DNA of 64,000 nucleotides, from the IMG/VR virus record IMGVR_UViG_3300011113_000265, positions 33,018-97,017 of that record, one strand, 5' to 3'. This document shows positions 52,933-62,117 of this stretch, piece after piece (the first letter of the stretch is position 1; every line of letters begins with the position of its first letter). This DNA is from a virus (lineage: Duplodnaviria; Caudoviricetes). The notes beneath the pieces are model-generated. The model was not told the origin of the DNA, searched no databases, and saw nothing but the letters and a program-made list of their open reading frames with translations. The translations under genes were made by a program, and so were the position numbers.

Positions 52933-53841
52933 TTAATTTAATTTATTTGCTTTTAATAATTTTAATTTTGAATATAAACTTTCAGCTGATTGTGGATCAG
53001 TTAAAAGTTTATACAATTTTGTATATTCTTCTAAAGTATATACTTGAGAATAAGTATTATCTTTAGTAAAAAAGTTTTTACAATTATCTTGATCTTTTAA
53101 TTTTAATCTTAAATTAGATATATTTATAGTTCTATTAATTTTACTAATAACAATAAAACCTTCATTAGGAGTTAGACCTACACTATAACTAATAAAACTA
53201 TTATAGTTACTAATGCGATGGAAACCTTTCAAACCAATTACACAATTAGTAGGTATCATTCTATTAGCAGCTTGATATAAAAAGAAAAGATCTAATTTAT
53301 TTTCAAATAAATCACAGAGTTCAATAAATCTTGCTGGAACATGTAATTGATAGTTTAAAATTAAACTTCTGATAGCTTGCCAATGAAGTATTAACCAAGA
53401 TTTTTCATTTGGTTCAATATCACTATAATCCATTTCTATATAGACATGAGTTTTAGTTATATTCTTAATACTCCAAGGTGATCCCATTTTTTGTAATAAA
53501 GATACATATTTTTCTATATATTCTATATTAGAATATTTATCTTTTAATGGGTTAACAAACTTATCTAATTCAATAAACATCTGAAGATATGTATCACTAT
53601 AAATATATTTAGTACCAGCATAATAAGCATCTGATAATAATAATTTATTATTGTAAGATTTTTGAAAGTCTTGCCATATAAATTGACAACAATTTTCAGT
53701 AGATTTTTTTAAATTCATTTTAGATGTTTTATCAAATAACAATAAGTTACCTAATGCTTGATCACTTTTACTTAAAAAATCATCTGGTAATGTTTCTAAA
53801 CAAGATTCAATTTCAACACTAACTGCTTCTTCAATTTCCAT
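52933..53841 (-). CDS. Hypothetical protein in the ligase cluster
   Basis: 302 aa ORF tightly coupled to both neighbours. Confidence 0.6.
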   Translation of the reverse strand: MEIEEAVSVEIESCLETLPDDFLSKSDQALGNLLLFDKTSKMNLKKSTENCCQFIWQDFQKSYNNKLLLSDAYYAGTKYIYSDTYLQMFIELDKFVNPLKDKYSNIEYIEKYVSLLQKMGSPWSIKNITKTHVYIEMDYSDIEPNEKSWLILHWQAIRSLILNYQLHVPARFIELCDLFENKLDLFFLYQAANRMIPTNCVIGLKGFHRISNYNSFISYSVGLTPNEGFIVISKINRTINISNLRLKLKDQDNCKNFFTKDNTYSQVYTLEEYTKLYKLLTDPQSAESLYSKLKLLKANKLN

Positions 53842-54700
53842 TATTATTTCCTTTTTTAATAATTAACTTAGGTAATATTTCAATATACTTAGTAGCTACA
53901 ATACTAATATCGTCATTAGTACTAGATAAACTACTTGCACTATTACATTCTAATAGAATATATTCTTGATATTCTCTTGGTTTACCATTACCTTTAGTAG
54001 CACTTTGTACTCTAACATCAAAACTAAGAATATCAGCTTTAATATGTTTTAAAGCTTTAACACAATCTTCAACAATATCATTCCAAGAGTTAGGTTTATT
54101 AAATTGAGGATTGGATTCAAGTAACCAAACACAATTAGAATCATTTCTATACCAAGATTCTTCTTCAGCAGTATCACTCTTTAAAGCTTTTCTACAAGTA
54201 TAAAAACAACCATCTTCAGTTACATGTAATCTATATTCTAAAGCATAATTATAGAACTTCTCAAAAATATAGTTAGATAAATTCTTATTGTTTAGCCACT
54301 TATTAAGTTGTTCCATATTATGTAATAAAGTATTACCTTCACCACGACTACCATATATATGTTTAGCTACAATAGGAAAGTTTTCATTAGCCCAATCATT
54401 TAGAGCTCCATCTGTCCACATATCAGCTGTACAAACATCTGCTTGTATAAAAGCTTGTTTCATTAGTTTTTTATTAGAGCTAATCTTAATAGCATCTACA
54501 GTATTAATCTCAATCCTTTTACCACCATGAGCTACAGTATCATACATTTCAGTAGTACTACCCAATCTAATTACACTTTTAAAAGGTGTAAGAGGAAGGT
54601 TAGTTCTAAGTATGGAATGGCTAGGATGTCTTGATTTAATTTGTGGTCTAAATTTTGTAAATTTGGGTTTAAGCTGTTTGGACTTCTTTACTGTTGACAT
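53831..54700 (-). CDS. ATP-grasp ligase (RimK-like)
   Basis: SNKKLMK, PIVAK...GSRGEG, FEKF, EYRLHV, FDVRV, LECNSA. Confidence 0.85.
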   Translation of the reverse strand: MSTVKKSKQLKPKFTKFRPQIKSRHPSHSILRTNLPLTPFKSVIRLGSTTEMYDTVAHGGKRIEINTVDAIKISSNKKLMKQAFIQADVCTADMWTDGALNDWANENFPIVAKHIYGSRGEGNTLLHNMEQLNKWLNNKNLSNYIFEKFYNYALEYRLHVTEDGCFYTCRKALKSDTAEEESWYRNDSNCVWLLESNPQFNKPNSWNDIVEDCVKALKHIKADILSFDVRVQSATKGNGKPREYQEYILLECNSASSLSSTNDDISIVATKYIEILPKLIIKKGNNNGN

Positions 54701-55475
54701 TGTTATTATTAATTAATTGTGAATAATCTAATTTATATCCTACTATACCTAAATTATGAGTACTACTATCACCTCTAAGATTACTAAAATCTTGTGGTAA
54801 TGGTCCGTACTTTAATATATTTTTAAGTTTAGGTAAAGCTTGTTTAACTAAACTTATATCATCCATGAAAGCATTAAATTTTTCTAACCATTCAATAGGA
54901 TCTTTCATAGTATTATCATAAAATTGTCCTACTCTAAGTAATAGAGAGTATAAACTTATCATATAAGTACTCGTAGTCCATATTATAGGTACTTCTATAA
55001 AGTATAGATTATCTGATACTTCAACAATTGTTGTATTATCAAAAGCATCAAGATCTAAATGTTCTTCTATTTGATTCATAAAGAACTCTAAGTTTTTATA
55101 GTTCTTTTTTAATCTTTTAACATCATCTAAATATGTAGTAGTGTTGTATTGATGACTATATTTATATGTACATATTGATATTGCGATATAACCAAACTTT
55201 TTATCAAATATGTTTTGTTTACCTTTTAAATGACAACCATATGCACTAATAGGTTTATTAGTATGTTCAGCAAATATAACATCATTTAGATAATCTTTAC
55301 AAGGACTAATAGGTTGTATTGTTTCAAATACATCATCTTTTATTTTCTTTAAGAAAGCAAAACCCATTTGATTACTTCTACCTTCACAAAGTTTAGAACG
55401 GCATTGTTTGTTTATTATTTGTATCATAAATAACTTTTTTAACGTTTTTAATAAGAGTTGGATAATATTTACCAT
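54669..55475 (-). CDS. Hypothetical protein in the ligase cluster
   Basis: About 250-268 aa; SPCKDYLNDV, MISLYSLLLRVG; true start probably internal (MIQII). Confidence 0.6.
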   Translation of the reverse strand: MVNIIQLLLKTLKKLFMIQIINKQCRSKLCEGRSNQMGFAFLKKIKDDVFETIQPISPCKDYLNDVIFAEHTNKPISAYGCHLKGKQNIFDKKFGYIAISICTYKYSHQYNTTTYLDDVKRLKKNYKNLEFFMNQIEEHLDLDAFDNTTIVEVSDNLYFIEVPIIWTTSTYMISLYSLLLRVGQFYDNTMKDPIEWLEKFNAFMDDISLVKQALPKLKNILKYGPLPQDFSNLRGDSSTHNLGIVGYKLDYSQLINNNNVNSKEVQTA

Positions 55476-56085
55476 TGTATTCTAAATAAACTATATTTGT
55501 ATTGTTAATTAATTTACCTGTTTTTTTATCTGCATATTTATGCTTACGAGATATTAGATTAATAACTTTACAAATAGTATTTTTAGGTATAGGTAATTTT
55601 TTAGAGTTAACTAATTTAACAAAATCACCTACTCTAATATTTAAATTAGGTTTATGTACTTGTAATACTATTTTAGGTTGAGTAAATAAATACTCACAAT
55701 CACTTTCTACAAATCTTAGTTTTTTACCTTCAGGTGTTATTATTATTACAGTATCTCTATGTTTACCATCAATTTTACATTTAAAATTTAATTCAGTTTT
55801 AAAAGGAAAATTTTGATTTACTAATTTTGATTTAATTTTTCTATAATTAAAGATTTTTGATGATTCTTCAAAACTTTTAATTTTTACTTCAGTAGCTAGT
55901 CTTCTTCCTATAATTTCTTTATGTATTACTGGATATAGACTAGATCTAGAAGCTAATTCATACTTATTATTATCTAAATCGTATACATAGTATTCGTTGT
56001 TTTCATTAGGTTTACTAGCTATTATACCAAGTTTAGGTTTAAGAATTCCCATTTGAACCCAGTCACCAAATTTTAAATTAGTCAT
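55393..56085 (-). CDS. Hypothetical basic protein with SH3/KOW-like repeats
   Basis: LKFGDWVQM and IRVGDFVKL strand motifs. Confidence 0.55.
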   Translation of the reverse strand: MTNLKFGDWVQMGILKPKLGIIASKPNENNEYYVYDLDNNKYELASRSSLYPVIHKEIIGRRLATEVKIKSFEESSKIFNYRKIKSKLVNQNFPFKTELNFKCKIDGKHRDTVIIITPEGKKLRFVESDCEYLFTQPKIVLQVHKPNLNIRVGDFVKLVNSKKLPIPKNTICKVINLISRKHKYADKKTGKLINNTNIVYLEYNGKYYPTLIKNVKKVIYDTNNKQTMPF

Positions 56086-56087
56086 TG

Positions 56088-57048
56088 TTAAAATAAACTT
56101 AATTGTGTATTAATTATTGTATCTATTTCTTTCTGAGCTTCTCTAATATAAAATTGATAGTTTATATCATATTCATGCATTTGTTTGTTTATAAAATTAT
56201 TAAATATAGTTACTTGATAATCTTTATTAATAACTTCACTAGTGCCTTTAGAATAGTATTTTATAAAGTTTGCTCCTTTATTAGATATATAATATCTAAC
56301 ATTCTTTTGTTGCTTTTCAACTAATTCTACAGCCATACCATCTTTATAACCTAAATAATGTATTTGACCATAACTATCTCTACCAAATTTCTGTCTACCA
56401 CAAAAATCATATATATTAGTATGATTCATAATAGTATTTCTGATAGGTATATTATTTACAAAGAATTGACTTAAAGCATAAGGTATAATTCTAAAACTAT
56501 TATCTTTATGATAAGCAGGTTCAGAACCAACTACTTTATCTACTTCAAATGCACCTTTATATTTAACTTTACCTTGAGTAGTTACAGCCAAATAATTATT
56601 TACATCTCTAATTACCATCTTAGAATACTCTACATATTCTAATTGTAGTTTAGTTTGTTGTTCCCAATTCTTACAAATGTTGTAGTATGCATTAATACTG
56701 TGTTGATTATTAGGTATTTTGAGAGTAATACCATCAGTATTAATTTGCAATACAGTCATATTTTTAATTCTATCAACTAATTCTTCAGCTAACATAGTTA
56801 GTAATAGTTGACCATTAAGAGTAATACACATTGTAAATTTAGGATCATATAAGAAACTATTAATATCATTAGATTTACCATATACTGAATTTGCTGCAAG
56901 TTTAAATCCATCAGCTAGTACAGTATTTTTAGCTTTTTTAGCTTCTAATCTAAGTTTAATAATTTCTTTATATATATCAACAAAATCTTTACCTAAATGC
57001 TCTATATAAAAACCATTAGTAATAGAAAGGCTTGGGTATAGACTAGCA
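56088..57048 (-). CDS. polB: Family B DNA polymerase, exon 3
   Basis: Open frame (V)ASLYPS...KLAANSVYGK...QINTDGI...DVNNY...KGAFE, extending the 56088-56831 ORF upstream. Confidence 0.92.
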
Positions 57049-58039
57049 CATTTATACCCATTTAAAAAATATTCTTAGATTTCTCTAAGGATTGGACTAT
57101 ATCTTCTTTTTCAATTTTAACTTTAACCCAAATATATCCATATATTGATGGTTTTTCACCACTACATACTGCATATATATTGTGTTTTTTATAATTAGGA
57201 TTTTCATTTATTATATCAATCAATTTATCCCATATTTTAATTAAAATCATATCTTTTGTATATTGATATATTTTATATTTAGTATGTTTATGAGATACTT
57301 TTTCAGACATTTGAATTTTAATTTCAGGATTATTTTTCCAAAATTTAGAAATTTTTAATCCAACTTCTTTATTCATTTCTGGAAATTTAATATTTCTTAA
57401 CTTTCTACTTTCACTTAATTTATTTTTAGTTTCTTGTAAAACTAAACAATTTGTTGAAGTATCTTGTCTAAGATTATATCCAAAATTTCTGTCTATTGAT
57501 TTATAAACATTTATCCAATATAATTCTTTTTCTTTTAAAACAAGTTCATCAAAATATTCTAAATATTCTAATATAAAATATTCAAAATTATTTTTACCAT
57601 ATTTATGCCAAGAATTAATTAAATGTCTATTTTCATCTTTTGATTTAGTATTTAAATGAGTTATATGTTGTTTAATTCTAAAATATATATTTTTAGATTT
57701 TCCAATATAAACTTTATTATTTACTAAATTTCTGATACAATAAATTCCTATTTTTCCTAAATGTTGTTTTCTATTTAATTTCATAATAATTATATAATAT
57801 TTATATAATATATTAATTAAATTAAATTATCCAATTTTTTAGGATATTATTTTTAGTTAAAAATTGTTAAAGCCTTCCGCTTCGAGGTTATTTACCCCTA
57901 CTCTACTCCATTCACTTATTAGTGTGTTTCGATAGTCTCTGAACTTTCATTTGATTGTAAATCAAATGCTTAGCTGCTGATTGCCATATCTATTTGATTT
58001 AGGTTTCCAGCAATTCAAAAGGTTAAGACGCTGCTATCA
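57049..58039 (-). mobile_element. Group I intron 2 of polB (991 nt) carrying a GIY-YIG ORF
   Basis: P1 AGACGU/GCGUCU with U-G pair; P10 UAGCA/UGCUA; AAUCAGCAG, UUCAGAGACUA, AAGAUAUAGUCC; terminal G at 57049; splicing gives DADVASLYP. Confidence 0.93.
57062..57784 (-). CDS. Intron-encoded GIY-YIG homing endonuclease with NUMOD1-like C-terminus
   Basis: IGIYCIRNLVNNKVYIGKSKNIYFRIKQH, ELYWI...GYN, IYQYTKD...YGYIW. Confidence 0.92.
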   Translation of the reverse strand: MKLNRKQHLGKIGIYCIRNLVNNKVYIGKSKNIYFRIKQHITHLNTKSKDENRHLINSWHKYGKNNFEYFILEYLEYFDELVLKEKELYWINVYKSIDRNFGYNLRQDTSTNCLVLQETKNKLSESRKLRNIKFPEMNKEVGLKISKFWKNNPEIKIQMSEKVSHKHTKYKIYQYTKDMILIKIWDKLIDIINENPNYKKHNIYAVCSGEKPSIYGYIWVKVKIEKEDIVQSLEKSKNIF

Positions 58040-58105
58040 ACGTCTGCATCAATTATAATATAATCTTCATTAGATTCATATACACCAGCTTTAATACAAC
58101 CATGT
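58040..58105 (-). CDS. polB: Family B DNA polymerase, exon 2 (66-nt micro-exon)
   Basis: Encodes (I)HGCIKAGVYESNEDYIIIDAD(V), joining GTGG-IHG to motif A. Confidence 0.88.
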
Positions 58106-58429
58106 CATTTTGTTATCTTAAAGGCTTTTTATCCTTTAATTCTTATTCTTATATCATTGAATAAGTTCGGCATATATTTTCATCCCGTAAGGATGTTGGA
58201 TACTCTTGGACATATTATATTCTAAACAAAGAAGCAGGCTTTCCAACCTGCGACTTACAAATGGAATTAAACCATTACTCTTTGTTTAGTTTCAATATCT
58301 ATGCTCTACACTACTTAACTTTATTAAAGGTTAAGTTAGCACGGTATTTTCCAAGTTAATTGATAAGGAATCCACCGTTTTTACCCAATTTATTACCTTT
58401 TAGTTACCTAAAAGGAGGACACACATTTT
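58106..58429 (-). mobile_element. Group I intron 1 of polB (324 nt, no ORF)
   Basis: Exon GGGAU pairs with intron GUCCU (P1); terminal G at 58106; P7 GCAUA/UAUGC; 3' domain resembles the GATase intron; splicing gives YGTGGIHG. Confidence 0.85.
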
Positions 58430-59319
58430 ATCCCACCAGTACCATAGTCATATTTAAAACCTTTATATATTACAGATTCACTAATACTACCTTTAGTTTC
58501 TCTAATAACTTTACTTTTTAACTTATTAAGTAATTTATTAAAGTCATCAGATTTAAACTTAATATAAGGTAATATACAATCATTAAGATTAATAGAATCT
58601 CTATGAGTACGCATCTTTTTAACATCCCAAGGATTTGTTTTAGTCTTATCAGTATATAGTTTAAGAATAAGTTGTTCACCTATTCTACTATCAGACCAAT
58701 TAATACAAGGAATATCAAATTGAGTTATTAATGATTTGCGTAGCTCTATTTTAGGAAGAGAGTTAGTATAAAATCTATAAGTTGCTAATACATCGTTAAG
58801 ATTATATTCAAGTATAGGAGTAATCTCATCAAAAGAAATATCAGTTCTTTTGTGATCAATTGGCATTTCCATAACATTAGGATAATTCATACTTATCTCT
58901 AATGCTTTTAGACTTGTACTACGAGCTTTGTTGTTATAATGCCATATTTTAAATAAGTCTAATTGAGGTATTAATACTTCACGTTCTTTAATAGATACAC
59001 TTGTTACAAAGTTTTTCTGATTCTGTTCTTCAATAATACTTGTAGCTTTATTATGTATTTCTTTAATAATAAATTCTCTACTAGAATCTTTATTAATAGA
59101 TTTAAGTATAAAATGAATAACAGGATAATCAAAGTTAACATTGTTAAATCCAATATGTCCTTTACAAGATTTAAGATGCATTATAAGACTATTATAATCC
59201 CACCTATCTTTGTGAAGAACATATTGGACTATTTCTTCAGTATCAATATTAAAAGCTGTATAAGTAAAACAACTAGCTAATGTTTCTATATCATATACCC
59301 ATACACTTCTATTTTGCAT
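58430..59319 (-). CDS. polB: Family B DNA polymerase, exon 1 (3'-5' exonuclease domain); spliced product 638 aa
   Basis: VYDIET, GFNNVNFDYP, SLKALE, YNLNDVLAT, YDYGTGG. Confidence 0.9.
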
Positions 59320-60191
59320 TAAATTCTATTTAAATTATTTCTTACTTCTTCTAATGTAGTTTGATTGTAAAATTTACCATCTTCGTAAATTACTTGAAGT
59401 AAACCTCTTTGTTCTTCTTCTGGAGTACATTCTGTTTTTACAATAATTGGTTTAAGTGAACCATCTGGTGGACAACCTAAAGCTTTATATGTTTCCATAC
59501 TACCATCATAACAAACTTTACATAATCCTCTCAAAGATTTTTTAGTACCATCATCTGTTACTGGATCTTTGTAGATATTGTATGATTCAACATTATAAAC
59601 AGGATCACCACTACCCATTGATTTATAACCTTGTAAGGTTTTAACTTCAAACCAAGCACCTTTAGCAGCAAATCCTAAAGTATCACGAGTATTATATTGA
59701 TAAGTAAAACTACCTACACCTAATACAATATTAGTAGCTGCAAATCCTTTAGCTGCTAATCTCTCATAGATTTGAGCTTGTCTTTCAGGAGTAATACTAT
59801 CACCATAAATAGCACCTATATGAGGGTCTAATACTTTAAAACCTTGTTCATTAATTGTACCTCCAAAGATATCCCAAAGAAGTTCTATTACGCCTTTATA
59901 CTTAGGGTGTGGAGTTTCATTATTTTTAAAAACTAAAGTAGAATGTTCTTCTCCACAAATAATATCTACAGGATCTCCACTATCAGGTCTAATTACTAAT
60001 TTACCATCTCTAGCCATAATAGCTTCTTTATTAGCAGGTAAATATTCAGTAATAAGTTTCCATAAATCAAATGTATCTGCCACAATTGAAAGAATACCTT
60101 TAGGAAATAATTGTAACCAATCTGCAATCATCTGTTGTTCACCTAATGAACGCTTTTCTTGTTCTGTTAATTGTCTAATTCTTGTTTTCAT
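59319..60191 (-). CDS. nadV: NAMPT/Namat-like enzyme, C-terminal piece
   Basis: GILSIVADTFD, LVIRPDSGDP, IYGDSIT, GVGSFTYQYNTRDTLGFAAK, KDPVTDDGTKKS. Confidence 0.88.
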   Translation of the reverse strand: MKTRIRQLTEQEKRSLGEQQMIADWLQLFPKGILSIVADTFDLWKLITEYLPANKEAIMARDGKLVIRPDSGDPVDIICGEEHSTLVFKNNETPHPKYKGVIELLWDIFGGTINEQGFKVLDPHIGAIYGDSITPERQAQIYERLAAKGFAATNIVLGVGSFTYQYNTRDTLGFAAKGAWFEVKTLQGYKSMGSGDPVYNVESYNIYKDPVTDDGTKKSLRGLCKVCYDGSMETYKALGCPPDGSLKPIIVKTECTPEEEQRGLLQVIYEDGKFYNQTTLEEVRNNLNRI

Positions 60192-60556
60192 TTTTCTAAT
60201 GTTTTAAATATTTCTTTAATTTTAGCATCAATTAGAGCTTTATTATCAGACAAAATAGAATTAATTAGTTTATTACCATCACTTCTCCATCCCATATTAT
60301 GTGTGAAAAAATCATGTAATTGTATTTTTTTAATTTCTTCTTTAATATGCTCGTCTAAAGATTCTTTAAAGTTAGGTATAAGCTCTTGAATACCATCTGT
60401 AGCTATCTGTTTAGCCATTACAGATAACATAACTCTTGATTTATCTTGAGATACAGAAATTTCACCAACACAATTTCTAACGTGTTTTCTAATTTCTTCT
60501 TTAACTATTTTTTTGATTTCTTCTTCTGAAAGATAATCTTCAATTTTTATTTCCAT
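60188..60556 (-). CDS. Hypothetical helical protein lying between the two NAMPT-like pieces
   Basis: 122 aa; its stop overlaps the ATG of the C-terminal piece (ATGA). Confidence 0.65.
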   Translation of the reverse strand: MEIKIEDYLSEEEIKKIVKEEIRKHVRNCVGEISVSQDKSRVMLSVMAKQIATDGIQELIPNFKESLDEHIKEEIKKIQLHDFFTHNMGWRSDGNKLINSILSDNKALIDAKIKEIFKTLEK

Positions 60557-60582
60557 GTTTTATTAAAATATTTGTTAAATAA

Positions 60583-60614
60583 TTTGGTATTTACAGAATT
60601 ATTCACTATCTTTG
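60583..60614 (+). promoter_or_regulatory. Bacteroidota housekeeping-sigma promoter (-33 TTTG / -7 TAnnTTTG) for the HNH gene
   Basis: TTTG at 60583-60586, 20-nt spacer, TATCTTTG at 60607-60614, ATG at 60619. Confidence 0.7.
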
Positions 60615-60618
60615 TATT

Positions 60619-61269
60619 ATGAAAGAATGTATAAAATGTAAAATTACCAAAGATTTATCTTGTTTTCCTAAAGATAAAAGGTTAATTTCTGGTTATCGTC
60701 CTAAATGTCAAACTTGTTTGAATGAAGAACAAAGTATCAGAAGAAAAAATAATATTGATAGATATAAAGCTACTCGTAAATTATATTATCAAACTAACAT
60801 TGAAAAAATGAGAACTGAAAAAATAGAATATTACAAAAATCATAAAGAAGATAAAGCTTTATATGATATTCAATATAGAGAAAAGAATAAGGAAAAAATT
60901 GCTGCTTATAAAAAAGAATGGGATAAAAAGCAAATGCAAGATAGTATCATCTATAAAATTAAAAAGAATCTAAGAAGAAGAGTTCACCATGCTTTGAATG
61001 GTAAAACTAAATCTATTTCTACAATGAAATTAATAGGTTGTACACCTGAATATTTCAAAGAATATATAGAATCTTTATTTTTAGAAAATATGTCTTGGGA
61101 TAATTATGGAGAATGGCATATTGACCACATTATTCCTTGTTTTGCTTTTGATTTATCTATTCCTGAACAGCAAGAAAAATGTTTTCATTATTCTAATCAA
61201 AGACCTTTATGGAAAACAGATAATTTAAAAAGACCTAAAAGTATCGAACAGCTTCCCACTGCTGAGTAG
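60619..61269 (+). CDS. Free-standing HNH homing endonuclease, antisense to the operon
   Basis: CIKC...CQTC, WDNYGEWHIDHIIP, FHYSNQRPLWKTDN. Confidence 0.88.
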   Translation: MKECIKCKITKDLSCFPKDKRLISGYRPKCQTCLNEEQSIRRKNNIDRYKATRKLYYQTNIEKMRTEKIEYYKNHKEDKALYDIQYREKNKEKIAAYKKEWDKKQMQDSIIYKIKKNLRRRVHHALNGKTKSISTMKLIGCTPEYFKEYIESLFLENMSWDNYGEWHIDHIIPCFAFDLSIPEQQEKCFHYSNQRPLWKTDNLKRPKSIEQLPTAE

Positions 61270-62116
61270 TTTCATTAAATTGTTCTTCTACTTGTGAATA
61301 CTTTTCAGCTTCTGCAAATATTTTGGTGCAGGAGCAACTGTGTTCACTTGCATTTACAGAGTAAATAGGCATTTCATCATCCTTAACACCATAGAAATAT
61401 CTTGCTGCTGGAATAACTGGTAACGTATCAGAACCTTTAAATGATGTAGCATGACCTAAACCAATAAGATATTGACTCATTGGGTCAAGACCTCTAGCAG
61501 AAAAATCATGACACATAAAGTCAACTAGCCACTCATTTTTAGGATCAGTCTTTCTAACCCATTCTTCAGCTTGTCTACGATATAATTTAGCAATAGTAGC
61601 TGCTGTAGATGGTTTCCAAGCTAATGCTGATACTACTGTTTCAAGATATAAGGTTAACCATGCAAATCCATCAACTGTATTAATGAATGTCATATGAGGA
61701 ATATTAGGATTAGTTTCAATACCTTCAGGTAATGCTTTTACTCTAATAGGTAAATAACCTAAATCCCATAATTCTTCAAAGTGCTTACCATCATACTCCA
61801 TACCTAAGTATAAAGACATATCTTTTACAAATTGTAGAGCTTCAAATTTAAGTTGAGCATTATGTTCTTTACTAAAAGAAGATGTTTTAGACCATCTTTG
61901 CTTATTCATAAAAAAATTCTCTTCAAACTCATCATGTAACCATCTCCAAACTAATTGTTGACCAAATGATACTATTTTAGTAATTCCTTTAGGAGCATGT
62001 TTAGTACTTCTAGGTATCCATGTACCATATAATTTGGTAGTACCTGGAGCTAACATTGCTTTGTGTCCTACTTTATACCCATCAGATAGGTATAGACTGT
62101 TTATTTTAAAACTCAT
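61235..62116 (-). CDS. nadV: NAMPT/Namat-like enzyme, N-terminal piece
   Basis: SDGYKVGH, LGYLPIRVKALPEG, WLTLYLET, HDFSARG, GSDT, SVNASEHS. Confidence 0.88.
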   Translation of the reverse strand: MSFKINSLYLSDGYKVGHKAMLAPGTTKLYGTWIPRSTKHAPKGITKIVSFGQQLVWRWLHDEFEENFFMNKQRWSKTSSFSKEHNAQLKFEALQFVKDMSLYLGMEYDGKHFEELWDLGYLPIRVKALPEGIETNPNIPHMTFINTVDGFAWLTLYLETVVSALAWKPSTAATIAKLYRRQAEEWVRKTDPKNEWLVDFMCHDFSARGLDPMSQYLIGLGHATSFKGSDTLPVIPAARYFYGVKDDEMPIYSVNASEHSCSCTKIFAEAEKYSQVEEQFNETTQQWEAVRYF

Positions 62117-62117
62117 A

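Noticed and set aside
58222-58289. tRNA-like three-way junction inside polB intron 1 (gtcgcaggttggaaagcctgc resembles a T-arm)
   Set aside because: No D-arm, the loop is better read as a 7-bp stem with a GGAA tetraloop, and it lies where group IA introns carry peripheral P7 extensions
51896-59319. polB and the class I GATase as frameshifted pseudogenes
   Set aside because: Removing introns with proper splice signals restores exact frames and catalytic motifs
43236-60389. Short + strand ORFs inside the - arm (43236, 48271, 48282, 49239, 54288, 56103, 59053, 60171)
   Set aside because: Antisense shadows of well-supported genes
60140-61340. Split intein or intron joining the NAMPT-like halves
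   Set aside because: Extensions are only ~15-26 aa with no intein blocks or His-Asn/Cys junction; no group I or II core seen in the intervening DNA
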